Positions 1 through 8,347 of a DNA stretch of 19,681 nt are shown here, one piece after another (positions within the stretch are counted from its first letter, which is position 1; each line of letters opens with the position of its first letter). A model generated the notes under the pieces. It made no database searches and was not told the origin of the DNA. It worked only from the letters and a program-made list of their open reading frames with translations. The position numbers and the translations under genes were made by a program. This DNA comes from a virus (Duplodnaviria; Heunggongvirae; Uroviricota; Caudoviricetes). The stretch is from IMG/VR virus record IMGVR_UViG_3300049919_000280, positions 1-19,681 of that record. One strand, written 5' to 3'.

Positions 1-828
1 AGTAAGGGGTATAGTATTGATGAAGCACACCTAGAATTTATCGAGGCAAAACGACTCGAATTCCTAGCCAAACTGGATAACACGACCGAAAAACCAGAGT
101 CCAATGCTGTTAAGTTGACTAAAGCGGATAAAGACGATATACTCTACAAAGAGATTGCGACTCAGGTTGATGCTGGGCTGGATGAAATTGCGATGACCGA
201 CAAAAAGACTATCAACCTTAAATCCTTGGTCGTTGGTAAATACGTCGATTCGTCTGTTGGGAAATTATTGATTGATCATTATTCGTCCCAGATGGACGAG
301 TTTCAAAGTGCTTTGTTGGCAAAGGACGAGCAGCTTAAAGAGGCGTATTCGCACCTTAGTAAAAAGACCATTCGTGTGATGTATGATTTTCTTTCTGAGT
401 TGGTTGGTCTTTGTAATCAGGCAAAGACCGTGTCTAGGAAGCCTAGGGCAATAAAGGCAAAGCCGCCATCGAAGATCGTTGAGAAGGTTCAATACTTAAA
501 GGAATATCCAGAACTTAAACTGAAGTCAGTACATCCTGAAAAAATTGTCGGTGCCAGTGTTGTTTATCTCTTCAACATAAAGTATCGTAAGCTTTATAAG
601 ATGATTGCTGCAGAAAATTTAACGATATCAGTTAAAGGAACCACAATGATAAATTGGGATACTGCACTGTCTGGTGGAAAGACAATCCGCAAGCCAGAAG
701 AAATGTTTTCTGATTTATCTAGTATGACTAAGCGCCCGTTTGGTAAGAAGTTTGATGATGTTCGATCTGTGCTGGCTAAGGCAACTGGTCGAATTGGATC
801 AGATACATTGATTTTAGCTGTTTTTTAA
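1..828 (+). CDS. Conserved T4-like phage hypothetical protein, 5'-truncated by the window edge
   Basis: Frame 1 is open from base 1 (SKGYSIDEAHLEF...), so the 115 start in the ORF track is internal. The C-terminal KTIRKPEE-type segment resembles a family I recall near rnh in T4-like phages. Confidence 0.75.
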   Translation, partial: SKGYSIDEAHLEFIEAKRLEFLAKLDNTTEKPESNAVKLTKADKDDILYKEIATQVDAGLDEIAMTDKKTINLKSLVVGKYVDSSVGKLLIDHYSSQMDEFQSALLAKDEQLKEAYSHLSKKTIRVMYDFLSELVGLCNQAKTVSRKPRAIKAKPPSKIVEKVQYLKEYPELKLKSVHPEKIVGASVVYLFNIKYRKLYKMIAAENLTISVKGTTMINWDTALSGGKTIRKPEEMFSDLSSMTKRPFGKKFDDVRSVLAKATGRIGSDTLILAVF

Positions 829-844
829 TTGAGGAGAAAACGAC

Positions 845-1183
845 ATGAAGGACTTTGCAGAAATTAAAGATGCTGAGCGGAAGGCTCGGATTTCTCGACG
901 TAAGGAAGTTGGTGCGATGCTGGAATCTGGTATCGTATTTCGAACAATTCGAGACGATACATATTCACAACTAGGTGGCGGTCTTATCGTCGCTGAAAGA
1001 AAGTCTGGTGGGTTTCTTGAAGTTGCGTTTGCTTTCTGTCATAAGACGGAACAGTTTAACAAAGTTGAAGGTAAATTCATTGCTGGAAGCCGCCTACTAG
1101 AAGGTAAGGGTGTTCTTATTCGTGATCGAAAGCAGAATATGCAATTCCTTTCGTCATATTTTGATTCAAAATTTTGGGAGTAA
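845..1183 (+). CDS. Hypothetical protein
   Basis: 112-aa ORF with a GAGGAG RBS upstream; tightly packed with its neighbours. Confidence 0.8.
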   Translation: MKDFAEIKDAERKARISRRKEVGAMLESGIVFRTIRDDTYSQLGGGLIVAERKSGGFLEVAFAFCHKTEQFNKVEGKFIAGSRLLEGKGVLIRDRKQNMQFLSSYFDSKFWE

Positions 1184-1186
1184 TAT

Positions 1187-1525
1187 ATGGCCGCATCAGA
1201 AATTCAAATTAACCATTTAGCCCGGGCAAGGGAAAAGCGTAAACAACTGGCCGACGCTAGGAAATTGGCTGAGGGGGATGCGCCTAGTGTCGAAGAGTTC
1301 CTACCGGAAATGGATTTGTCAACCAAGACAAAAAAGGTAACTGCTTCTGAAAATATCGACCATCTGAAAACATCTTTGCATGATATGGTTGCATGGAGAG
1401 AGTTTTTCTGTGCTGCGGTGGTCTCTTGTCAGATCGACCACCCAACTCGTTTGCAGAAGGCAGAGGTTCTTGCAAATGCTATGCTAGAAGCCTACACCAC
1501 GAAGTCCGAAGAAAAGAAAAAATGA
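1187..1525 (+). CDS. Hypothetical protein
   Basis: 112-aa ORF with a GGGAG RBS; its stop overlaps the RNase H start (ATGA). Confidence 0.8.
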   Translation: MAASEIQINHLARAREKRKQLADARKLAEGDAPSVEEFLPEMDLSTKTKKVTASENIDHLKTSLHDMVAWREFFCAAVVSCQIDHPTRLQKAEVLANAMLEAYTTKSEEKKK

Positions 1526-2436
1526 TCCTAATCGATTATTCCCAGATGATCCTCGCTACCGCAATTGTCGGTATCGAGGAGCATCTAAAGACGCCTGATG
1601 AAAATGCAGGGAACATGATCAAACACATGTTCTTTAATACCCTTCTTTCATACAAGAAAAAATTCGGGGCGGAGTATGGGGAAATCGTGTTCTGTTGTGA
1701 TGATCGGAAACGATATTGGAGAACCGATATCTTTCCGTCATACAAAGGAACCCGCAAAAAAGAAAAGGAAAAATCCAAGATAGACTTCGACTTCGTTTAT
1801 TCTGTGATGGAAGACCTGAAGGCTGACCTCAGAGAGAACTTCCGGTATAAAGTTCTTACAGTATCAAAGGCTGAGGCGGATGACGTTATTGCTGTCCTTT
1901 CTAAATGGTCGCAGTCTAACCAATTGAAACAAGATGGGTTGTTTGATTCAGAACCGCAGAAGATGCTGCTGATAAGCGACGACACCGACTTCTACCAGCT
2001 ACAGAAGTACAAGAAGCTTCGGCAGTATGCCCCTAGGAAGAAGAAATTCATTTCTCCTGACACCAACGCAGCAAAATATCTCAGGGAGCACATTGCCACA
2101 GGTGACACCGGAGATAATATTCCATCCATCATGTCTCCTGATGCGTGGGCAGATGCTAGGGCACTTGGAGTTCCTTTTAGGGCACCTTCCTTATACAAAG
2201 CCCTGTTGGAGAAATGTATCGAGTCTGGTAGGGATGGTTGCGAGAATGAAGAGCAGAAAAAGCATTGGGATCGAAATGTAAAACTCATCGACTTCGATCA
2301 TATTCCGGAAGACGTACAGGCTAGAATTGTCGATGCATATATACATTATGAGAAGAAAGGTAGCCAGATGAAAGTTATGTCCTATTTTTCCAAACGACGT
2401 TTTAAACAATTGCTACAAAGTGTTTCGGATTTTTGA
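1522..2436 (+). CDS. rnh: T4-type RNase H (5'-3' exonuclease, FEN1-like)
   Basis: Start MILIDYSQ at 1522 (ATGA overlap). Motifs include YWRxxIFPxYKGxRKK, EADDVIAVL, ISxDxDFYQLQKY, GDxGDNIPSI and RNxKLIDFDxIP. Confidence 0.95.
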   Translation: MILIDYSQMILATAIVGIEEHLKTPDENAGNMIKHMFFNTLLSYKKKFGAEYGEIVFCCDDRKRYWRTDIFPSYKGTRKKEKEKSKIDFDFVYSVMEDLKADLRENFRYKVLTVSKAEADDVIAVLSKWSQSNQLKQDGLFDSEPQKMLLISDDTDFYQLQKYKKLRQYAPRKKKFISPDTNAAKYLREHIATGDTGDNIPSIMSPDAWADARALGVPFRAPSLYKALLEKCIESGRDGCENEEQKKHWDRNVKLIDFDHIPEDVQARIVDAYIHYEKKGSQMKVMSYFSKRRFKQLLQSVSDF

Positions 2437-2503
2437 TTCATCCTTATTGGAACTCTTCAAAGACCCGTTACTTCATTTCAATCTAACATTGAGGAATTCC
2501 ATT

Positions 2504-2980
2504 ATGGATGCCACACAAGAAAAACCAAAGAAGAGCAATCTTCCAAAATATGCCCATGAATTTTTTGAGTTGATCAACGAAGCGGATGGTCTCCAAAAAG
2601 TTGAAATGATGCGCAAATACGGGAACAATCCCCCAATCAATTTCCTTCTTTCCATGAACTTCAATAAGAAAGTTGTGTTTGATCTCCCAGAAGGCATGCC
2701 ACCTTACAAGCGCAGTGAAGATATTCATCCAGACCTGTTTAGCCCACTAGGCAGTCAGATTAAGCGTATGCAGAATTGTATGAAGATTCCTGCAACTGCC
2801 CAGATCAGTAAGATGAAGAAAGAATTCATCTTCCAACAACTTCTAGAGGTTATCAACCCAGAAGAAGCTGACGTTCTAGTTGCATGTAAAGACCGCAAGC
2901 TAACTGAGTTGTACCCTAACATCACGGAAGAATTGGTTTCTGTAGTCCATCCGCATTTGATTGGGGTTTCCGCAAAATAA
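2504..2980 (+). CDS. Conserved T4-like phage protein of unknown function (possibly DUF6433)
   Basis: GAGGA RBS before the ATG at 2504. The pattern F-D-LPEG-PPY...KKEFIFQQLLE...EEADVL...KD-KL...Y..IT resembles the family that follows rnh in T4-like phages. The family name is recalled, not searched. Confidence 0.75.
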   Translation: MDATQEKPKKSNLPKYAHEFFELINEADGLQKVEMMRKYGNNPPINFLLSMNFNKKVVFDLPEGMPPYKRSEDIHPDLFSPLGSQIKRMQNCMKIPATAQISKMKKEFIFQQLLEVINPEEADVLVACKDRKLTELYPNITEELVSVVHPHLIGVSAK

Positions 2981-3123
2981 AAAAAGAAATGGGGTCTGTA
3001 TGGTATATGGTATCTCGGATGTTACAACTGGTCGTATCGTGTTTCTACTAATTCGAAATGGATTATAGAAGAAATGTTTAAGTCGTATCAGGATGTCTGG
3101 GGTAAGTACCGACAAACTCGACT

Positions 3124-3267
3124 ATGGTAAGAAAATTGTTTTTGTTCTTGCCGATGTTCTCAGTAATTTTCTTACTCGGAACAATTACCGTACTTTTAGC
3201 ATATGCAAAACAAACCTTCGATCTTCCGGTCAAGGTTTGGTTGCTTCTTGGTGAGCAGAAATCTTGA
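3124..3267 (+). CDS. Small predicted single-pass membrane protein (47 aa)
   Basis: Hand-translated as MVRKLFLFLPMFSVIFLLGTITVLLAYAKQTFDLPVKVWLLLGEQKS; below the ORF-track cutoff. Confidence 0.5.
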   Translation: MVRKLFLFLPMFSVIFLLGTITVLLAYAKQTFDLPVKVWLLLGEQKS

Positions 3268-3277
3268 GGAGAATAAC

Positions 3278-3553
3278 ATTCCATATTACGATTTAATCCA
3301 TATCGACTGCGGTCACGAATGGAACCAATTCCAAAAGATATCTGAAATGGATATCCCTCTTTCCCAGCCATGTCCATCATGTGGGAAGTCTGGAAATATT
3401 GAGCGCCGAATCTACGGGTCTCCCCCTGCTATTGAGGCTAGTAAGTTGGGACTGCAGAAACCAGATCAAGGATTCCATGATGTGCTTCGTAGGATTCACG
3501 AACGCTCTCCGGGGTCAGTGTTGGATAAAACAAGTCAGCTAGCAAAAATCTAA
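3278..3553 (+). CDS. FmdB-like zinc-ribbon protein, probable ATT start
   Basis: GAGGAG RBS ends 6 nt before ATT-CCA-TAT-TAC (MPYY..., the usual family start). Metal ligands are HxxC and CPSC, followed by the conserved GF-DVL-RI tail. Confidence 0.8.
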   Translation: MPYYDLIHIDCGHEWNQFQKISEMDIPLSQPCPSCGKSGNIERRIYGSPPAIEASKLGLQKPDQGFHDVLRRIHERSPGSVLDKTSQLAKI

Positions 3554-3611
3554 ATTGGGTAAATACTTCGCCATGCTTTGTCATATTCTAAAACAATAAA
3601 AGGAGTTCCTA

Positions 3612-4382
3612 ATGGGTAGAGCCGTTTTGCTAAGATCAAAAATTTCAACTGATTATGATGAAGTACAGAAGCCGCAGAGAAAGGCCAAACCCAAACCGGA
3701 AAGGAGTGTCGTCAACACAGTCGCCACCCAAAAAACTAACTTGTCGCTGAAAGAGGTTCGCCCACTAAATGAAGCACAGAAGCAGATGATGCAAAGTTTT
3801 GATTCAGGTCTTCATGTCATAGCAGGAGGCAGTGCAGGTACAGGGAAGAGTTATATTGCTATGTATTTGGGGTTGAGCGAATTGATGGACGGTAACATCG
3901 AAACCGTGAAAATAATTCGTAGTGCGGTGCCAACTCGGAATTCCGGCTTCCTTCCCGGAAGTTTGGCCGAGAAAAATGCAGTGTATGAACTACCGTATCG
4001 TGATATTGTAAACGACCTGTGCAGTTGCGGCACTGCGTATGAAGTGCTATCTAAAAAGGGCGCTATCGAGTTCATGACCTCCGGGTTTTTGAGGGGACTT
4101 ACTTTCAAAAATTGCGTCATCGTCATAGATGAATTCCAGTCGATGAATTTTCATGAAGCGCAGACGATCTTAACTCGGGTTGGGCCTAATTGCCGCGTGA
4201 TTTTATGTGGCGATACCCGGCAGTGTGATTTTGATGGAAAAAAAGACCTTAGTGGCTACGACAAAGTAGTTTCTATCGCATCTAGGATGTCGTCGTATTT
4301 TGATATCGTCAATTTCACGAAAAACGATATCGTCAGAAGTGCCTTCGTGAAAGCTTGGATAACTGAAGCGGAGGATGATTGA
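3612..4382 (+). CDS. phoH: PhoH-family ATPase
   Basis: Walker A GSAGTGKS, GFLPG, FLRGLTF, IDEFQ, LTRVG, GDTRQCD and DIVRS motifs. Confidence 0.95.
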   Translation: MGRAVLLRSKISTDYDEVQKPQRKAKPKPERSVVNTVATQKTNLSLKEVRPLNEAQKQMMQSFDSGLHVIAGGSAGTGKSYIAMYLGLSELMDGNIETVKIIRSAVPTRNSGFLPGSLAEKNAVYELPYRDIVNDLCSCGTAYEVLSKKGAIEFMTSGFLRGLTFKNCVIVIDEFQSMNFHEAQTILTRVGPNCRVILCGDTRQCDFDGKKDLSGYDKVVSIASRMSSYFDIVNFTKNDIVRSAFVKAWITEAEDD

Positions 4383-4385
4383 TAT

Positions 4386-4985
4386 ATGACGCCTGAGCAA
4401 TTTAAAACAATTACAGGAAACAAGGAGCCCGAAGTTTGGGCTTCTTTGTTGAACACCAATCTTCCACTGCATGGCATAACATCCAAATATCAGATTGCTG
4501 CTTTCATAGCACAATGCTCTCATGAGTCCGGTGGGTTCAATATTATGGTGGAGAATCTAAACTATTCATCGGATGGATTGCGAAAGGTATTCCCGAAATA
4601 TTTTCCAGATACCGTCATTGCTGATAAATATGCAAGGCAACCGAAGGCAATTGGTTCTAGGGTATATGCTGGTAGAATGGGCAATGGGAGTGAAGCATCT
4701 GGCGACGGTTATAAATTCCGTGGCCGGGGAATTTTACAACTCACCGGCAAGATCAACTACATGGAGTGCAGTGCTTCCGTTTATCATGATGATCGCCTCA
4801 TGGAAACGCCGGAACTACTAGAAGGCAAAGAAGGTGCGTTGTTATCCGCATTATGGTTTTGGGATAAAAACAAATTGAAGGACGTTGCAGATTTTACTGT
4901 CCTGACAAAAAGAATCAATGGTGGCACTAACGGTGCTGCGGATAGGGTAAAATATTTACAGAAAGCGATGTCGATCCTAGATTGA
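4386..4985 (+). CDS. Glycoside hydrolase family 19 endolysin
   Basis: AAFIAQCSHESGGF, ENLNYS, DGYKFRGRGILQLTGKINY and TKRINGGTNG motifs. Confidence 0.92.
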   Translation: MTPEQFKTITGNKEPEVWASLLNTNLPLHGITSKYQIAAFIAQCSHESGGFNIMVENLNYSSDGLRKVFPKYFPDTVIADKYARQPKAIGSRVYAGRMGNGSEASGDGYKFRGRGILQLTGKINYMECSASVYHDDRLMETPELLEGKEGALLSALWFWDKNKLKDVADFTVLTKRINGGTNGAADRVKYLQKAMSILD

Positions 4986-5010
4986 CATCACCTAACGAGT
5001 GTGATAAAAT
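4982..5010 (+). promoter_or_regulatory. Sigma70-like promoter
   Basis: TTGACA-17 nt-TAAAAT. Confidence 0.65.
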
Positions 5011-5146
5011 GATTAACCCATTTAAATGGTACAAACAATTGGCAGACTACGATAAAGAGTTCCTAAGAAATGGCGTTCTTTATGTATTAGTCATAGTGTT
5101 TGTCTTTTCTGTAATCGCATTCGTTATCCCAAAATTATTCTCGTAG
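5009..5146 (+). CDS. Small membrane protein (45 aa) downstream of the endolysin
   Basis: Hand-translated as MINPFKWYKQLADYDKEFLRNGVLYVLVIVFVFSVIAFVIPKLFS, with one hydrophobic helix. The start overlaps the -10 box of the promoter at 4982. Confidence 0.5.
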   Translation: MINPFKWYKQLADYDKEFLRNGVLYVLVIVFVFSVIAFVIPKLFS

Positions 5147-5153
5147 GCTCCTC

Positions 5154-5630
5154 ATGAAAATTAAATTTGATGTTCTAGCGTACCTTACGATGTGTTCCAT
5201 CATCGTACTCATGTTAGCCATGACCGTTGCCCATGCTAAAGCAGAGCCAACAATTATGGTGCTGCCTATCATTAAAGTAATCGACGGTGATACCATCAAA
5301 ACTGAATTCACCATGTTACCACCAGAGTTGCGTTCTGTTAGTATCAGGATTCTTGGTATCGATACTCCAGAGAAGAAGCCTAGGGCAAAGTGCCTACACG
5401 AGCATGTGTTAGCGGTCAAGGCATCTGACTTCGTTAAGAGTCTGGTAACCGAAAAGAATCAAACGATGAAGGCCACAAATATCAAAGCAGATAAGTACGG
5501 TGGGCGATATGATGCGGATGTAATTATAGCTGGTAAGGATGTGGCAAAAGAACTCATTGCCCTAGGGTATGCTAGACCATACGATGGCGGAAAAAAGAGT
5601 GATTGGTGCGTACAGGAGGTTATTCAATGA
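5154..5630 (+). CDS. Thermonuclease (SNase-like) with an N-terminal signal peptide
   Basis: VIDGDT, RILGIDTPE, DKYGGR and LIALGYARPY motifs. The hydrophobic N-terminus ends in AHA. Confidence 0.9.
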   Translation: MKIKFDVLAYLTMCSIIVLMLAMTVAHAKAEPTIMVLPIIKVIDGDTIKTEFTMLPPELRSVSIRILGIDTPEKKPRAKCLHEHVLAVKASDFVKSLVTEKNQTMKATNIKADKYGGRYDADVIIAGKDVAKELIALGYARPYDGGKKSDWCVQEVIQ

Positions 5631-6046
5631 GTTTCATCGATCCAGATCGGGTACAAAAATACTTGGCGCTATCCCCAAAAGAGCAGTCCGCCAGAGGGGT
5701 AGGCAGAACCACCGCGATGTTGGCGATCATGCGAAACTGTGTGGCGAATCTTGAGCGTGGCGAAATTTTGTTTGTCGCACATAATACATACGTCGCCGAG
5801 GCGCTGGTTCGCAGCTTTGTTTTCCTTCTGAGCGAATGGTGCATTTCTCCAACCAAGATAACTCGCGAATCTGTGCATGTTGGAAATGTCGTATGTAAAT
5901 TCCGTGGGGCTTCCGCTATTGAACAGGGTGGCGGATATGTTCTAAAGGGTAGTAGGATTAATGTTGCCTTAGTTGACCCTATTGAGTTTCGCCCGTATCC
6001 TATTTTACCTGCAATGACTGCGGATGGAGTAATACATGGCATCTAG
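5627..6046 (+). CDS. Small hypothetical protein with a degenerate P-loop-like motif
   Basis: Start at 5627 (ATGA overlap). RGVGRTT followed by a hydrophobic strand (ILFVAH) resembles a terminase/helicase Walker A. Confidence 0.6.
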   Translation: MSFIDPDRVQKYLALSPKEQSARGVGRTTAMLAIMRNCVANLERGEILFVAHNTYVAEALVRSFVFLLSEWCISPTKITRESVHVGNVVCKFRGASAIEQGGGYVLKGSRINVALVDPIEFRPYPILPAMTADGVIHGI

Positions 6047-6233
6047 AAATGATATTACCGGTGATCAAATTAAATCCAAGGTTGGTGGGCAGGATGCATA
6101 CGCCACTGGATGGGATTTGATCTTTGGTAAGAAAAATATTGTGCGAGATATCGTTGAAAATTCCGAGCCTCTTGGAGAGGAGTTCCAAAAGGTATTGGAT
6201 GACAACAGATACGAGTTGTACGAAAGGGATTGA
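6036..6233 (+). CDS. Small phage hypothetical protein
   Basis: 65 aa with a GGAG RBS; the MASRNDITGDQIKSK N-terminus resembles a common small phage family. Confidence 0.7.
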   Translation: MASRNDITGDQIKSKVGGQDAYATGWDLIFGKKNIVRDIVENSEPLGEEFQKVLDDNRYELYERD

Positions 6234-6310
6234 GTGTGGTTAAAGCAGTAGTTGGGCGCAGGCTTGGTTTCCACCCGAATCACGCAAGGGTTAAGATACC
6301 TTACTACACT
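6234..6310 (+). ncRNA. tRNA-like element (degenerate, TCC in the anticodon position)
   Basis: 7-bp acceptor-like stem GTGTGGT/ACTACAC followed by T; CTTGG-TTTCCAC-CCGAA arm; AAGGG-TTAAGAT-ACCTT T-like arm. The D arm is poor and there is no CCA. Confidence 0.4.
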
Positions 6311-6336
6311 CTTTACACATACACAGGAGAAATATT

Positions 6337-6545
6337 ATGCAAAATGCTTTTGAAATACGCTTAGAAATTTTAAAGATGTCGAAGGACTTGTTGTTGGAAG
6401 AATTTTACACAAAACGAGACCCATTACTTCAATTGTGGGAAAATCTGGATCGGCAGAAGCACCGAAGCTGCCCGATTTCCCAACAAACGAACAAATTCTA
6501 GCAAAGGCAATCGAACTTAGTAAATTCGTCAGCACACAAAAATGA
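6337..6545 (+). pseudogene. Conserved small phage protein interrupted by a 1-nt frameshift (real or a sequencing error)
   Basis: The N-half MQNAFEIRLEILKMSKDLL... stops at 6501. The family-like C-half APKLPDFPTNEQILAKAIELSKFVS continues in the -1 frame to TGA 6543-6545, which overlaps the next ATG. Confidence 0.7.
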
Positions 6546-6733
6546 AAGAATGGAATGAGTTTGGCGTTAATCGAGAAGCGGATGAATCCACCTACAGGGA
6601 ACTTTTATCCCTTAGAGCGGCAGTCCATAATTTCGAACTTGAGCGACGAAGAAAGGAATCTTCTGAGTTTGTTGTCGTGCTAAATAGGATTGCTGCAACA
6701 CTTGAATCGATTGAAAAGAAAATGGGGACATAA
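6542..6733 (+). CDS. Hypothetical protein
   Basis: 63-aa ORF coupled by an ATGA overlap. Confidence 0.65.
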   Translation: MKEWNEFGVNREADESTYRELLSLRAAVHNFELERRRKESSEFVVVLNRIAATLESIEKKMGT

Positions 6734-6813
6734 CGTCCCCAAATTTTTGTTTTACTTTTTATTATTTTTCTTCCCTTCCCGAAGGGTTCTAATGTATTTA
6801 TTGAGGAGTTTTC

Positions 6814-7377
6814 ATGCTATTAAAATTAAACGATGCAATGTTTGGGAACGCCACACCAGATCAATCATTCTACATGTTGTTCGGGGACGTTAATACTGAC
6901 GTGGCAAAGGAAGTTTGTGAGTGGATTATGCAGGCAAATTTCGCCACAGATAATAAACCAGTGGTATTAAATCTTGTTATTTGTAGTCCCGGTGGTGATA
7001 TGAACGCCGCAAACGCAATAATCGATGTTATGCGAGGAAGCCACATCCCTGTGCGGTGTGTTGGGCTAGGGCAAATCGCTTCTGCAGGGCTGCTCATTTT
7101 TATTGCTGGTGAAAAGGGCATGCGGGTATTAACAGAAAATACCAGCATCATGTCGCATTGGTGGAATTGGGGCGCTGCGGGGTCTCCGCATGAATTGATG
7201 GCAGCAGTGAAGGAATTCGATCTGACTACAAAGCGAATGATTTCTCACTATGTCAAATGCACCAAGCTGAAGGAGAAGGATGTTATTAAATATCTCCTAC
7301 CAAAGGAGGATGCATATTTAACCACTGATGAGGCATTGAAATACGGTATTTGTGATATTGTGTCAAAGTTAAAGTAA
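6814..7377 (+). CDS. clpP: ClpP-like serine protease
   Basis: GAGGAG RBS; ICSPGG, GQIASAG (catalytic Ser), IMSH (His) and DAYLTTDEALKYGICD motifs. Confidence 0.9.
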   Translation: MLLKLNDAMFGNATPDQSFYMLFGDVNTDVAKEVCEWIMQANFATDNKPVVLNLVICSPGGDMNAANAIIDVMRGSHIPVRCVGLGQIASAGLLIFIAGEKGMRVLTENTSIMSHWWNWGAAGSPHELMAAVKEFDLTTKRMISHYVKCTKLKEKDVIKYLLPKEDAYLTTDEALKYGICDIVSKLK

Positions 7378-7406
7378 TTGACATCGGTCAGAGTCTCTGA
7401 TATATT
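7378..7406 (+). promoter_or_regulatory. Sigma70-like promoter overlapping a hairpin
   Basis: TTGACA-17 nt-TATATT; the -10 box lies in the loop of the 10-bp stem 7388-7397/7408-7417. Confidence 0.65.
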
Positions 7407-7437
7407 TGGGGCTCTGATTTAAACTATGAGGAACAAA

Positions 7438-7605
7438 ATGGAAACTTTTCAGCTATACAGAAACACCGTGAAGTGGAAGAAGGTTAAGGCAAAGTCTTTT
7501 GAAGAAGCTATTGGATTGGCAAGAGACCAGATTCAATGGTTTAAAACTGATTATTTTGAGATTAAGACCAAGGACGGTCGGCTTCTTCCGGTGTCACACC
7601 TATGA
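7438..7605 (+). CDS. Small hypothetical protein (55 aa)
   Basis: GAGGA RBS; METFQLYRNTVKW...PVSHL; the stop overlaps the next ATG. Confidence 0.7.
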   Translation: METFQLYRNTVKWKKVKAKSFEEAIGLARDQIQWFKTDYFEIKTKDGRLLPVSHL

Positions 7606-7784
7606 TCGACTCTATCGGCAGCAAAGACTGCAGGGCATATCACCCAGCGTTAGATAAGATCGACGTAATTAAGGTCGTTATCGATGAAGTTTTGACAAAG
7701 TTGTATGCATCAGAACCAGAATTCGATGGAGAGAACATATACGAGGTGGTTTGCATTCTTGAGGATTTGAAGAAAAAGCTTTAG
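7602..7784 (+). CDS. Hypothetical protein
   Basis: 60-aa ORF with an ATGA overlap. Confidence 0.65.
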   Translation: MIDSIGSKDCRAYHPALDKIDVIKVVIDEVLTKLYASEPEFDGENIYEVVCILEDLKKKL

Positions 7785-7834
7785 AATCAATAAGTTATGT
7801 TGTAGTTGACATCGAATAAAAATTCAGATAATAT
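7785..7834 (+). promoter_or_regulatory. IHF-consensus site plus sigma70-like promoter
   Basis: AATCAATAAGTTA (7785-7797) matches WATCAANNNNTTR; TTGACA(7806)-17 nt-TAATAT. Confidence 0.7.
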
Positions 7835-7864
7835 TGCATTTCTGATTTGGACTGAGGAATAATT

Positions 7865-7948
7865 ATGAAATCCCTTATTGTGGAAACAATTCTTCTGATG
7901 GCAACCGTTGGTTCCATCCTTTTTGTAGTCATTTCTGTGGGGAATTAA
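7865..7948 (+). CDS. Small hydrophobic peptide (27 aa)
   Basis: GAGGA RBS; MKSLIVETILLMATVGSILFVVISVGN. Confidence 0.55.
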   Translation: MKSLIVETILLMATVGSILFVVISVGN

Positions 7949-7950
7949 TC

Positions 7951-8136
7951 TTGAAAAAATATATTGTGATTCAGGGCGCTGTGCTGGAGGAATTCTCCCA
8001 GCACGTAAATGAGCGCATTAAAGAAGGATACGTGCCAATTGGTGGGGTGCATGTTATTACGTTTTATCCGGACAACAAGAATTACACGCAGAAGCAGTAT
8101 TCGCAGGCTATGATCATCGACCAACCCGAGGAGTAA
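7951..8136 (+). CDS. DUF1737-like small protein
   Basis: TTG start; the Y..I......F...V...I.EGY.PIGGV...YSQAMI pattern resembles DUF1737 (recalled). Confidence 0.65.
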   Translation: MKKYIVIQGAVLEEFSQHVNERIKEGYVPIGGVHVITFYPDNKNYTQKQYSQAMIIDQPEE

Positions 8137-8140
8137 CTAT

Positions 8141-8347
8141 ATGCTTTCAACATTTTTTCATTCAGTCAAGATGCAATCCGGTAAATATCGCCAAAAAGTC
8201 AAGGCTGAAATGGATCAGCAACGAGGGGCATTCCGAAAGGAGTGTCCCACATTAACTGAGAAGCGTGCTGCTGCCATTGAGTATCTTGGTGAAAATTGGA
8301 TTCTCGCAAAGCAGTCACAGAAACTCCCCGTTATGCGTAGGGTTTAA
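8141..8347 (+). CDS. Hypothetical protein
   Basis: 68 aa with a GAGGAG RBS. Confidence 0.75.
   Translation: MLSTFFHSVKMQSGKYRQKVKAEMDQQRGAFRKECPTLTEKRAAAIEYLGENWILAKQSQKLPVMRRV

Noticed and set aside
1393-1521. Longer track starts for RNase H (1393), the 2420 ORF, SprT (9279) and the 11401 ORF
   Set aside because: These extensions overlap upstream genes or promoters. The internal ATGs have better RBSs, coupling or family-typical N-termini.
2981-3130. Trp-rich open frame KKKWGLYGIW...TRLW directly after the 2980 stop
   Set aside because: It looks protein-like and its stop overlaps the next ATG, but it has no start codon or RBS. Read-through cannot be supported from the sequence alone.
5009-5630. 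Spanin pair near the endolysin
   Set aside because: No lipobox-containing o-spanin or nested Rz/Rz1 arrangement was found.
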